From Patescibacteria group bacterium UBA3466 (GTDB taxonomy: Bacteria; Patescibacteriota; Minisyncoccia; Phycocordibacterales; UBA918), in assembly GCA_002378195.1 (NCBI GenBank), contig DFRJ01000002.1:129054-193053 (forward strand): a DNA stretch of 64,000 bases, written 5' to 3'. The translations under genes and the position numbers were made by a program. Below, one piece after another: positions 9,930-18,769 of this stretch (position 1 is the stretch's first letter; every line of letters begins with the position of its first letter). The notes under the pieces were generated by a model. That model had not been told where the DNA came from and ran no database searches. It was given only the letters and a program-made list of their open reading frames with translations.

Positions 9930-9949
9930 CTTAATAAACACTAAGTACT

Positions 9950-10300
9950 TTGGAGGTAACTATGTCCGAGGTTATTGAGCCTGATCGTATCTTAATCACA
10001 TCTGATGAGATTGAGCACGAAAGGCCAAAGGGAGTACAAATCGCTCTCTCGGTTTGTCAGTGCTACGCGAGCGAGACTTTAGTATTTGTCACTGAACCCA
10101 CCCGCCAAGTGGCTAGTATACTAGATATGGCAGAGGAAGATCTTAAGCACAAAGCTATAGCAGCAATGCTGTCCGGAAATGATCAGATTGTGGGCTGCTT
10201 CAAGAGTCAGGATATTGGCGAAACCCGCCACGGGCAACTCGAAGCCATCACACCTTTCATTGCAAGAGCTTGTCACAGCTTCGAGATCATCTACGAATAG
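9950..10300 (+). CDS. Hypothetical protein (probable start ATG 9962, MSEVIEPDRI...)
   Basis: ORF with consensus promoter and RBS; no recognisable motif. Confidence 0.55.
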   Translation: MEVTMSEVIEPDRILITSDEIEHERPKGVQIALSVCQCYASETLVFVTEPTRQVASILDMAEEDLKHKAIAAMLSGNDQIVGCFKSQDIGETRHGQLEAITPFIARACHSFEIIYE

Positions 10301-10319
10301 CACACAACATTCATTCAAC

Positions 10320-10350
10320 AGCTAACTAATCGTTAGCTGTTTTTGTTTGT
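10320..10350 (+). terminator. Rho-independent terminator
   Basis: CAGCTAACTAATCGTTAGCTG hairpin followed by TTTTTGTTTG. Confidence 0.6.
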
Positions 10351-10357
10351 GTGAGAG

Positions 10358-10446
10358 TTGTGGACAAAGTGGTTGCCAGTGGGGCAAAGTGTTATAGAAT
10401 GTATGAGTGGTGGGAGATAGTGGTATACTTTAGAAATAAAGTATAC
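10358..10446 (+). promoter_or_regulatory. mraZ promoter region: GTGG direct-repeat array (putative MraZ operators) plus a 9-bp-arm palindrome
   Basis: GTGG(G) repeats at ~10360, 10369, 10379, 10389 (degenerate), 10407/10411 and 10420, i.e. ~10-bp periodicity. They overlap TTGCCA-N16-TAGAAT. GTATACTTT-agaaat-AAAGTATAC lies at ~10422-10445. Confidence 0.5.
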
Positions 10447-10585
10447 AGGGAGAGCTGGTTTCCAAACCCGCTACAACTCTCCACACAGAGGGGATAAAAT
10501 CTGAGGCCTGGATTACCAAAGTTTTCAGATTTCATTAACTCTGCTGTTGTAGACGGTTTGGAGATCAGCTCGAGGCTATCAAGTT

Positions 10586-11020
10586 ATGTTAATCGGAGAA
10601 TACAAGCACACGTTGGATCCCAAGAAACGGCTGTCCTTGCCGTCCAAGTGGCGCAAGGAACTTGGGAAAAAGCTTGTAGTAACCCGAGGACTTGATAACT
10701 GTCTCTTTGTATATCCTCTGAATGAGTGGCAGAAGATAACCGATAAGGTTGGACAACTGCCACTTGGTCAGGCGGATACAAGAAGTTTCAATCGATTCTT
10801 CTTATCGGGAGCAGTAGAAGTGGAGGTAGATTCAGTTGGACGTATTCTCGTGCCAGATTTCTTGAAAGATTTTGGCCACTTGGACACAAAAGTAGTCCTT
10901 GCCGGCATTCACAATCGTATCGAGATTTGGGATGAGAAGAAATGGGAGACCTATAAACGCGGAATCGAAAAGCAAGCCGACTCGTTGGCAGAAAAGCTTG
11001 GAGAGATTGGCGTCCTATAA
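10586..11020 (+). CDS. mraZ: Division/cell wall cluster transcriptional regulator MraZ
   Basis: Duplicated SpoVT/AbrB-like halves (LDPKKRLSLPSKWRKEL and VDSVGRILVPDFL). Confidence 0.9.
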   Translation: MLIGEYKHTLDPKKRLSLPSKWRKELGKKLVVTRGLDNCLFVYPLNEWQKITDKVGQLPLGQADTRSFNRFFLSGAVEVEVDSVGRILVPDFLKDFGHLDTKVVLAGIHNRIEIWDEKKWETYKRGIEKQADSLAEKLGEIGVL

Positions 11021-11069
11021 TCTTTGCCTCACTCCACAATAGAGGCACCACAAAATAAATACCCTCCGT

Positions 11070-11969
11070 ATGCAACACACAACCGTATTACTGCACGAAG
11101 CAGTAGAAGGTCTAAATTTGTCACCAAGTGACACAGTCGTTGATGCAACGTTTGGTAGTGGAGGACACGCCAAGCTTATTTCGCAATCATTAAGTGAAGA
11201 CGGCTGTTATATCGGAATTGATGCAGATGCTACAGCTTTAGACAAAAGCAAGCTCGCAGGTGTTTCTCCACAAATTCACCTGATCAATGACAATTTCAGC
11301 AATATAACAAACATTCTAAGTTCTTTAGATATTGAGAAGGTTGATGCAATTTTGGCAGACCTGGGATGGAGAATGGAGCAATTTGCAGACGGCGAGAAAG
11401 GATTCTCGTTTATGCATGATGGTCCATTACATATGACATTTGGTGATCCAAATGAATATCCATTCACTGCGGAAGACATCATTAATGAGTGGGAAGAAGA
11501 CGTTATAGCAAATGTCATCTATGGCTATGCCGAAGAGCGTTTTGCTAGGCGAATTGCTAAAGCAATTGTTGAGGAACGAAAGACTGATCGCATTACCACT
11601 ACGACGAAGTTGGTTGAGGTGATCAAAAACGCTTTACCAAAAGCGGCATTACGATCAAAAACTCATCCTGCCACCAAAACCTTCCAAGCTTTACGGATCG
11701 CTGTTAATGACGAACTTACAGTCCTAGAAAAATTTATCAAGGAAGCATTTACTGCTCTTGATGAGGGAGGAAGACTAGCCATCATTAGCTTCCACAGTAT
11801 TGAAGATCGGATAGTAAAGCATTCCTTTCGAGAACTTAAAGACGCTGATATGGGCCAGTTGGTTACTAAAAAACCGATCGCTCCAGCTGCAGAAGAGCTA
11901 AAAACGAACCCAAGAGCCAGAAGTGCAAAATTGAGAATTATTGAAAAATTAGAAAATCATGAAAAATAG
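11070..11969 (+). CDS. rsmH: 16S rRNA (cytosine1402-N4)-methyltransferase
   Basis: HxPVLL-like start (HTTVLLHEAVEGL), SAM-binding DATFGSGGH; follows mraZ. Confidence 0.9.
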   Translation: MQHTTVLLHEAVEGLNLSPSDTVVDATFGSGGHAKLISQSLSEDGCYIGIDADATALDKSKLAGVSPQIHLINDNFSNITNILSSLDIEKVDAILADLGWRMEQFADGEKGFSFMHDGPLHMTFGDPNEYPFTAEDIINEWEEDVIANVIYGYAEERFARRIAKAIVEERKTDRITTTTKLVEVIKNALPKAALRSKTHPATKTFQALRIAVNDELTVLEKFIKEAFTALDEGGRLAIISFHSIEDRIVKHSFRELKDADMGQLVTKKPIAPAAEELKTNPRARSAKLRIIEKLENHEK

Positions 11970-12264
11970 TCGCGCAAAAATTAAAGCTTCAAACATAACC
12001 ATCGCTTGCGTTGGGTTGCTGATAAGTACAGTGGTGCTGTATTTATACTTCCTAAACATGTCAGTGGTGCAGGTTGTTATACGAACAGAGCATGTTCAAA
12101 AACAGCATAATTTAAATACTGAAATAGCTATGCTTGAAGCTACTTATATTGAGTCACAGCACAAGATTGCAAGTCGCATTGCTACACTTGAGGGTTACAA
12201 CAGCGATACACCAAAAGTTTTTGTTTCAAGAGACCAGGCTAGTTTGGTTTTGAGTAGTAACTAG
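11959..12264 (+). CDS. ftsL: FtsL/DivIC-like small bitopic division protein
   Basis: Single N-terminal TM then a short coiled-coil; sits between rsmH and ftsI. Confidence 0.45.
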   Translation: MKNSRAKIKASNITIACVGLLISTVVLYLYFLNMSVVQVVIRTEHVQKQHNLNTEIAMLEATYIESQHKIASRIATLEGYNSDTPKVFVSRDQASLVLSSN

Positions 12265-12300
12265 CTTTGTTTGCTGACGTTCTTATCTTAAAATAAATCT

Positions 12301-14022
12301 ATGAAGCGTGACCAGCTTACTTTTAGAATCAGGCTACTGTCTGGCATTATTGTTTTAGGCGCTCTGTTAATAACAGCCCGTCTATATTTCATTCAAGTGG
12401 TTAGCGCTGATCATTATGCTGAAAAAGCCGAAAAGCAGTATGTGCACACCAAGACTGATTTGTATTCAAGGGGTTCTATTATGTTTACGACTAGAGATGG
12501 TGCGAAGCTATCTGCGGCGGCGATCCAGAGCGGCTTTGTGCTCGCTGCCAACCCAAACCATCTGACCATTCCACCTAGCGAATTTTGCGAGTCACTCTCT
12601 GATTACATTGAGACATCGCTCGAACGGTGTACTGAACGCATCTCTACACCGGGTCGAGTTTATGTTGAGTTAGCTAGTCGCATAAGCAACGATGAAGCGG
12701 ATGAAATTGAGTTGCTAAATATTGACGGTGCTCTTTTGTATAAAAATCAGTGGCGTTATTATCCAGGTGGCTCCTTAGCGGCTCGGTCCATTGGTTTTGT
12801 TGGTTTTACTGACGATGGGGTAGAGCTGAGAGGAAAGTATGGTCTCGAGCGACAGTATGACAGTACCTTGTTTGAGAAACGGCAAGTATTATCGGTTAAT
12901 TTTTTTGCCGAGCTGTTTAGTAACTTGGGCGAGCTAGTTTATCGCAAGGAAGAAAATAAAAGTGGTGACATTGTGACGACCTTAGAGCCGTCTGTGTCAC
13001 GCATGCTGGATACTGTCTTGTTGGAAACTAATGAAAAATATGAGAGTAAGCTTACTGGCGCAATTGTGATGCGACCAGACACGGGAGAGATCGTGGCCAT
13101 GAATGCCGTGCCCGGTTTTGACCTTAATGACCGTAGTGGCGCAACAATAGATCAGTTCCAGAATCCACTAGTGGAGAATGTGTATGAGTTTGGTTCAACG
13201 ATTAAGGCACTGACCATGGCAGCTGGGTTAGATTCAGGTGCAATTGTACCGTCCACCACCTACTACGATTCAGGTTCTATTGAACTAGATACTTTCACTA
13301 TCAGAAACTTCGATGGTCGGGGTAGAGGTACCGTACCGATGCAGGAAGTCTTGAATCAGTCTTTGAACACAGGCGTATCGTTCATCGTGCAAGAGATGGG
13401 TAAGGATGAGTTTCGTGACTATTTTAAAGGTTTTAAATTGGGAAGTGAAACAGGTATAGATTTACCAAATGAAGCCCATGGCTTGGTCGATAACCTTGAT
13501 TCGCCTCGTGATGTTGAGTATGCAACAGCTTCATTTGGACAAGGTATTGCTATGACACCAATTGCAGCCACTAGAGCTTTGGCTACCCTTGGTAACGGGG
13601 GAAAATTAGTGACCCCGCATCTAGTAACGGAAATTCAATATAATAATGGTGACGTCAAAGAAATAAATTACCCTGACGGAAAGAATGTATTGACTGCCGA
13701 AACCAGTGAAGAGATATCTCGCATGTTAGTTAATGTGGTTGATGATGCTTTAAAAGGAGGGAAGGTGGCCTTGCCAAATCATACGATTGGAGCAAAGACC
13801 GGTACAGCTCAGATCCCAGATCCGGTTAACGGTGGTTACTATGAAGACAAGTTCCTACACTCATTTTTTGGCTATTTTCCAGCTTTTGAGCCAGAATTTA
13901 TCGTTTTCATGTATACTGTAGAGCCACAAGGTGTGCGCTATGCGTCTGAGACGTTGACCGACCCATTTATGGATATTACTAAGTTTTTGATCAACTATTA
14001 TTCAATTCCGCCTGACCGTTAG
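12301..14022 (+). CDS. ftsI: Penicillin-binding protein FtsI-like (class B transpeptidase)
   Basis: N-terminal TM; transpeptidase motifs STIK, SLN, KTGT; dcw-cluster position. Confidence 0.85.
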   Translation: MKRDQLTFRIRLLSGIIVLGALLITARLYFIQVVSADHYAEKAEKQYVHTKTDLYSRGSIMFTTRDGAKLSAAAIQSGFVLAANPNHLTIPPSEFCESLSDYIETSLERCTERISTPGRVYVELASRISNDEADEIELLNIDGALLYKNQWRYYPGGSLAARSIGFVGFTDDGVELRGKYGLERQYDSTLFEKRQVLSVNFFAELFSNLGELVYRKEENKSGDIVTTLEPSVSRMLDTVLLETNEKYESKLTGAIVMRPDTGEIVAMNAVPGFDLNDRSGATIDQFQNPLVENVYEFGSTIKALTMAAGLDSGAIVPSTTYYDSGSIELDTFTIRNFDGRGRGTVPMQEVLNQSLNTGVSFIVQEMGKDEFRDYFKGFKLGSETGIDLPNEAHGLVDNLDSPRDVEYATASFGQGIAMTPIAATRALATLGNGGKLVTPHLVTEIQYNNGDVKEINYPDGKNVLTAETSEEISRMLVNVVDDALKGGKVALPNHTIGAKTGTAQIPDPVNGGYYEDKFLHSFFGYFPAFEPEFIVFMYTVEPQGVRYASETLTDPFMDITKFLINYYSIPPDR

Positions 14023-14025
14023 AGT

Positions 14026-15318
14026 ATGAAAGATCTATTTAAATCAGTTGTTGTTAAGGTGCTAACTTTCGAGGCTAAGCTAATTCTAAAGCGGCACAAG
14101 CCGCGTATCATTGCTGTGACTGGTAGTGTTGGAAAAACATCAACTAAGGATGCGATTTATACTGCTATAAAGAATAACGTTTACACCAGAAAGAGCCAAA
14201 AAAGTTTTAATTCTGAGATCGGCGTACCGTTAACCGTGCTCGGCTTACCAAACCGCTGGAGCAACCCAGTTTTGTGGTTGAAGAATTTAGTCGATGGCTT
14301 GTTTGCTTGTTTGTTCTCGAAAAGCTACCCAGAGGTTTTGGTACTCGAAACCGGAATTGACCGCAAAGGGGACATGGATCAACTAACTCGTTGGCTTAAG
14401 CCAGATATTGTAGTGCTAACCCGACTACCCGAAGTGCCGGTGCACGTAGAATACTTTTCATCACCAGACGAGGTGGTTGAAGAGAAAATGAAAATAGTAT
14501 CAGCCATGCCACCCGATGGTGTTTTGGTGTACAACCATGACGACACCATTATTAAGAATCAATTGCCTGATGTGCTGCAGAAGCAGGTCGGTTTTGGTCG
14601 CTATTTAGATACTGACTTTACTGCTCGAGCTGACAAAGTTTTTTACAAAGATGACCAGCCGATGGGAGTTGAGTTCAAGGTGTCACATATGGGAGCTGAG
14701 CATAAAGTGGCAATTGGTGGCACGGTCGGTACGCAACATGTCTATTCTTGTGTAGCAGCTCTAGCTGTTGCTGACACCCTTTCAGTACCACTTGCTAGTG
14801 CCGCTGAATCGTTGCTTTCCTTAGAAACTCCACCGGGCCGCATGCGAATCGTGCCGGCCATCAAATCAAGTATCATCATTGATGAAACATACAACTCTTC
14901 ACCAATTGCCTGTGAGCAAGCCCTACAAGCTCTAAATGAAGTTAAGTACGCCAAACGACGAATCGCTATTCTGGGGGACATGCTGGAACTAGGTAAGTTT
15001 TCTGTGGCGGAACACAAAAGAATTGGGGGGTTGGTGCCAGATGCGTGCGATATTTTGTTTACCGTCGGCGTACGAGCGCGAGATTTTGCTGATGGGGCGC
15101 TAAATGCTGGTATGTCTGAAAAGAATATAAGACAATACGACGATGTAGCTCGAGCTGGTCGAGAATTACAGAATTTTCTTGAGCCAGGTGATGTAGTGCT
15201 GGTTAAAGCCTCGCAAGGTATAAGAGCAGAACGGATCGTGGAAGAGGTTATGAGCCAGCCCGAACAGGCGGTAGACATTTTGGTACGCCAAGACTCAGCT
15301 TGGAAAAATATTGCTTAA
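14026..15318 (+). CDS. murF: Mur ligase, probably UDP-MurNAc-tripeptide--D-Ala-D-Ala ligase
   Basis: P-loop AVTGSVGKTSTKD; Mur ligase middle and C-terminal domain pattern; follows ftsI. Confidence 0.7.
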   Translation: MKDLFKSVVVKVLTFEAKLILKRHKPRIIAVTGSVGKTSTKDAIYTAIKNNVYTRKSQKSFNSEIGVPLTVLGLPNRWSNPVLWLKNLVDGLFACLFSKSYPEVLVLETGIDRKGDMDQLTRWLKPDIVVLTRLPEVPVHVEYFSSPDEVVEEKMKIVSAMPPDGVLVYNHDDTIIKNQLPDVLQKQVGFGRYLDTDFTARADKVFYKDDQPMGVEFKVSHMGAEHKVAIGGTVGTQHVYSCVAALAVADTLSVPLASAAESLLSLETPPGRMRIVPAIKSSIIIDETYNSSPIACEQALQALNEVKYAKRRIAILGDMLELGKFSVAEHKRIGGLVPDACDILFTVGVRARDFADGALNAGMSEKNIRQYDDVARAGRELQNFLEPGDVVLVKASQGIRAERIVEEVMSQPEQAVDILVRQDSAWKNIA

Positions 15319-16211
15319 TTTTCAATCTGTGGCATAGTAAGGGCAATATGAAATTGTCAAATACAGTAAGGAATCTTGCGGCGGTATTTTTGGTGGTTGG
15401 TATGCTTGTGCAGCCAGCCACTGCTTTCGCCGACAATCAATCAACTTTTAACAGTCTATCTCAGTCAGAGAAGATTGCTTATTTGTTGGGTATGATCGCT
15501 CAGCTGCAGGACATGCTAGACCGCAGTTATGACAACAATTACTATTATTATTCAGACGCTCGCGTTGTGTCCGTGCGGTCGGGAAATTCTAATAGTCGCA
15601 GCTCATCGAGACTTATCGATGTGGAGACACTTTCAGCTACAAATATTAGAGATGATGAAGCTAAGTTGAGAGGCGAACTTGACCTAGACGGTGAGGATGA
15701 AGCACTAGTTTGGTTTGAATATGGTGAAGACGATGACGATCTAGATGATCGCACAGCCAAGCGTCGGGTGACTGATTCGCGTGGAGATGACGTTAGCTTC
15801 ACTGCTACTATTGAGGATCTTGATGAAGATGAGAAATATTACTTCCGGGCGGTAGCCGAAGACGAAGATGGTGATCGAGAGTACGGACGCATTCGCTCAT
15901 TTACCACCGATGATGATGATCGAAATAGTTACGACTATTCCTTAACTATCAGTGATCGTTCTGTTGATGAAGATGATTGGGTTGAGGTTGATTGGGAATT
16001 GCCACGTAGAGAAGAGGGGAGAGATAACTGGATCGGTCTTTACGAAAGAGGTGATGACAATGATGAGTATATACATTACGAATACTTAGAAGATGATGAT
16101 CACGGAACAGTAACTTTCCAAATGAGAGAGCGGGGAACTTTTGAATTTCGCCTATTCCTAGATAATAGTTATGATGATGAAATTACTAGTGCTCGAGTAG
16201 AGGTTGATTAG
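15300..16211 (+). CDS. Secreted hyper-acidic repeat protein (probable start ATG ~15347, signal peptide MKLSNTVRNLAAVFLVVGMLVQPATAFA)
   Basis: Signal peptide; YYYY tract; two Fn3/Ig-like beta modules packed with D/E runs (EDEDGDREYGRIRSFTTDDDD; DWVEVDWELPRREEGRDNWIGLYERGDDNDE). Confidence 0.6.
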   Translation: MEKYCLIFNLWHSKGNMKLSNTVRNLAAVFLVVGMLVQPATAFADNQSTFNSLSQSEKIAYLLGMIAQLQDMLDRSYDNNYYYYSDARVVSVRSGNSNSRSSSRLIDVETLSATNIRDDEAKLRGELDLDGEDEALVWFEYGEDDDDLDDRTAKRRVTDSRGDDVSFTATIEDLDEDEKYYFRAVAEDEDGDREYGRIRSFTTDDDDRNSYDYSLTISDRSVDEDDWVEVDWELPRREEGRDNWIGLYERGDDNDEYIHYEYLEDDDHGTVTFQMRERGTFEFRLFLDNSYDDEITSARVEVD

Positions 16212-16215
16212 AGGT

Positions 16216-16249
16216 TAAAAAAGAGGCGCCGGCAAAGCCGGCGCCTCTT
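16216..16249. terminator. Bidirectional hairpin terminator
   Basis: AAAAAGAGGCGCCGGC-aaa-GCCGGCGCCTCTTTTT between the convergent acidic-protein gene and tsaC. Confidence 0.7.
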
Positions 16250-16250
16250 T

Positions 16251-17252
16251 TTAAACATCAAATATATCTGATGCTGCTTTTTCTAAACGATTCATTATGG
16301 CATGTCCCATGTCTTCATAGGAATATCCCTGAATTACAATTTTATCGACGGACTGACGGTCGATGGTTCTAAGTAGGTTGAATATTTCCGGACCCGCCTC
16401 AAAGGGATTTGCAGGGAGGCGAATTATTAGATCCGATTCAGTGAGTTTGGCAGTGTGATACAAAATAGCGGTTTTATGATCATTGGTATGCTTGATCAGA
16501 GCGGCGGCAGTGTCTTTAGTAGAACCTCGGTATAAGATAATTGGTGCTTCTGTGGCGTAGTGTCGGTACTTCATACCGGGCGACACTGCTTTATCGCCAG
16601 CTTCTACGTTGCGTACATTGGGTAGTAATTCCTGTATCATTTCAAGTGTAATGGAACCAGGGCGCAATATCACTGGTTGTTTTTGAGTGCAGTCAATCAC
16701 GGTGGATTCTAGTCCATACTCTATTGGTCCACCGTCTAGGATGAGCGGTATCTGACCGTCCATGTCTTCGAGTACGTGTTCGGCTCTGGTGGGGCTAACT
16801 TTACCTGAGGTGTTGGCAGAGGGAGCCACAATGGGCGAACCTAGATGTGTAATGAGGGCTCTAGCAACCGCATGGTCTGGCATTCTGACTACAACCGTAT
16901 CCAGTCCGGTCAGAGCACTAGAGTCTAAGTCAGGGTGACGATTGAAGACAATACTAAGCGGTCCTGGCCAAAATTTTTCCATTAGCTTCTTGGCTGACTT
17001 GGGTATTTTATCGACAACAATTTTAAGCTGAGTGAGGTCGCTTATATGAACAATAAGCGGATTGTCCGACGGTCTATTTTTGGCACGATAAATTTTCTTG
17101 ATCGCCGTGTCGTTAAATAAGTCTGCACCCAGGCCGTAGACTGTTTCAGTCGGAAAGGCTACGATTTGACCGCGTTTTAATTTGTTTGCGGCATACTTAA
17201 CAAGCTCAGATTCTTGTTTCGGATCTACAATTTTTATTACTTCAGTTCTCAT
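16251..17252 (-). CDS. tsaC: L-threonylcarbamoyladenylate synthase (YrdC/Sua5 family, with Sua5 C-terminal domain)
   Basis: YrdC-fold N-terminal domain (VAFPTETVYGLGAD) plus ~130-aa Sua5-type C-terminal extension. Confidence 0.85.
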   Translation of the reverse strand: MRTEVIKIVDPKQESELVKYAANKLKRGQIVAFPTETVYGLGADLFNDTAIKKIYRAKNRPSDNPLIVHISDLTQLKIVVDKIPKSAKKLMEKFWPGPLSIVFNRHPDLDSSALTGLDTVVVRMPDHAVARALITHLGSPIVAPSANTSGKVSPTRAEHVLEDMDGQIPLILDGGPIEYGLESTVIDCTQKQPVILRPGSITLEMIQELLPNVRNVEAGDKAVSPGMKYRHYATEAPIILYRGSTKDTAAALIKHTNDHKTAILYHTAKLTESDLIIRLPANPFEAGPEIFNLLRTIDRQSVDKIVIQGYSYEDMGHAIMNRLEKAASDIFDV

Positions 17253-17350
17253 TAGCCTAACCAGTTTGCCAATTATGGATAAAAACGCAAGTAGTATTAA
17301 GGTTGGGTATAACGATTAAAAATTTGTTCAATTTTTATTAGAATGAAGGT

Positions 17351-18769
17351 ATGCCAACAAAACTATTTACCACTAAATTGGTGGTCCTAATATCAGCTGC
17401 GGTGATTATGACTGTCGCCATCGCAGTGCTGGTGTTTGGCGGAGTCGGTGAGCGTATAAATGCCACTCAAACTGGTGAAGGTGCTGAACAGCTAACCACC
17501 GGAGACTTAAACCCTGGAGTGACTGAGACCGAATTTGATGCTGGTGTATCTATTAACGAGCCAGATCCTATATCAGCTGAAGTGTTTGATTACGGTGATG
17601 TGATTGTGACGCAGTATGAATATGGTGGCAATCCGGCTCCATACGGGGGTGAAGGAGAAGACTACGAGGCTTTCCGGCGGGCGCAGCTTGGTTTGGGGCC
17701 AGAAGATCCTTTGCCAAGCGGCTATTCATATACGGCACCAGCTTATGATCCAGTTTATTCGAGGGAAACATATAATTACGAACTGACACCAGAGCAGCAA
17801 GCGATCTTTGATGAATACAGTGCGTTATTTGAGTCCGGAGCTCTCTCAGCCGAAGACTTCAACCTCACCCCAGAGCAACAGGCTCAGGTGGATGAGTTTA
17901 GCAGTTCGCACCAGCCGTCCCCATCACCTCTGGCGCTTAGTCGAGAAGAAATATTAGAGTTGGCTTACACTGGAGAGTTGGATGATTTCTTTCTTGATAA
18001 TTACCTTGGTGATGAGCAGGAGCTAACCCCTGAACAAAAAGCCTTTTTTGCCAACATGGCGACGAATCCGAGTCAGTTCGCGAGTGCGGAAGATCTAAGA
18101 GCCGTTTCAAATGATATTTACGAGATGTTTTATGCCCCTAAGCCTCTGCCGTTTTCAATCGGCGGACCAAGTTGTGGGACTGCTGCATCTGGAAATTTTA
18201 GTTCTGCCGAAGAAATGTTTGATACCTTGAAGAAAAGTGAAACTTACGTTTGTGTCGGCAAGAAGCAGGTGCATGGTTGTCAGCCTTCCAGTGTGTCGTC
18301 ATCTGACGGCACTTCCTTCCACGTCCAAGAAGCGCCAGGTTTTGGTTGTTCATATGCTATTGAAACCAATATCAACGATACGGTTGTAGTGTGCCCGTTT
18401 AGAATTAGTGATTCGTTGCTCGAACAGCTGGAAGAGCTTGGTATTAAAAGGGGTGATGCAGTAGAAGAGTTGGCTGATAAGGTGGCTGAGTTGAGTTCGA
18501 CCGAATCGGCTCTGTCTGCTGCTCGAGCAGATCTTAAGGCTGCTCAAGATAGCTTAGAAGCAGCCGAGGGGGCTGAAGAAATCGCTGCTCTGCAAACAGA
18601 AGTGAATGATCTCGAGGCGATTGTATTAGCCCTAGAGTTAAGGGTTGAAGAGATAAATAAGGAGATCGAAGAAATTGACGAACTGACTGATGAGACTTAT
18701 GCCTTAATCGCATTAACAGCAGACAGCGGTACAGATTGCGGCTATTATTCTTTACCAGCAGAAGATTAA
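17351..18769 (+). CDS. Membrane-anchored acidic repeat / coiled-coil protein
   Basis: N-terminal TM; three LTPEQ(Q/K)A repeats; C-terminal heptad-rich coiled coil. Confidence 0.55.
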   Translation: MPTKLFTTKLVVLISAAVIMTVAIAVLVFGGVGERINATQTGEGAEQLTTGDLNPGVTETEFDAGVSINEPDPISAEVFDYGDVIVTQYEYGGNPAPYGGEGEDYEAFRRAQLGLGPEDPLPSGYSYTAPAYDPVYSRETYNYELTPEQQAIFDEYSALFESGALSAEDFNLTPEQQAQVDEFSSSHQPSPSPLALSREEILELAYTGELDDFFLDNYLGDEQELTPEQKAFFANMATNPSQFASAEDLRAVSNDIYEMFYAPKPLPFSIGGPSCGTAASGNFSSAEEMFDTLKKSETYVCVGKKQVHGCQPSSVSSSDGTSFHVQEAPGFGCSYAIETNINDTVVVCPFRISDSLLEQLEELGIKRGDAVEELADKVAELSSTESALSAARADLKAAQDSLEAAEGAEEIAALQTEVNDLEAIVLALELRVEEINKEIEEIDELTDETYALIALTADSGTDCGYYSLPAED

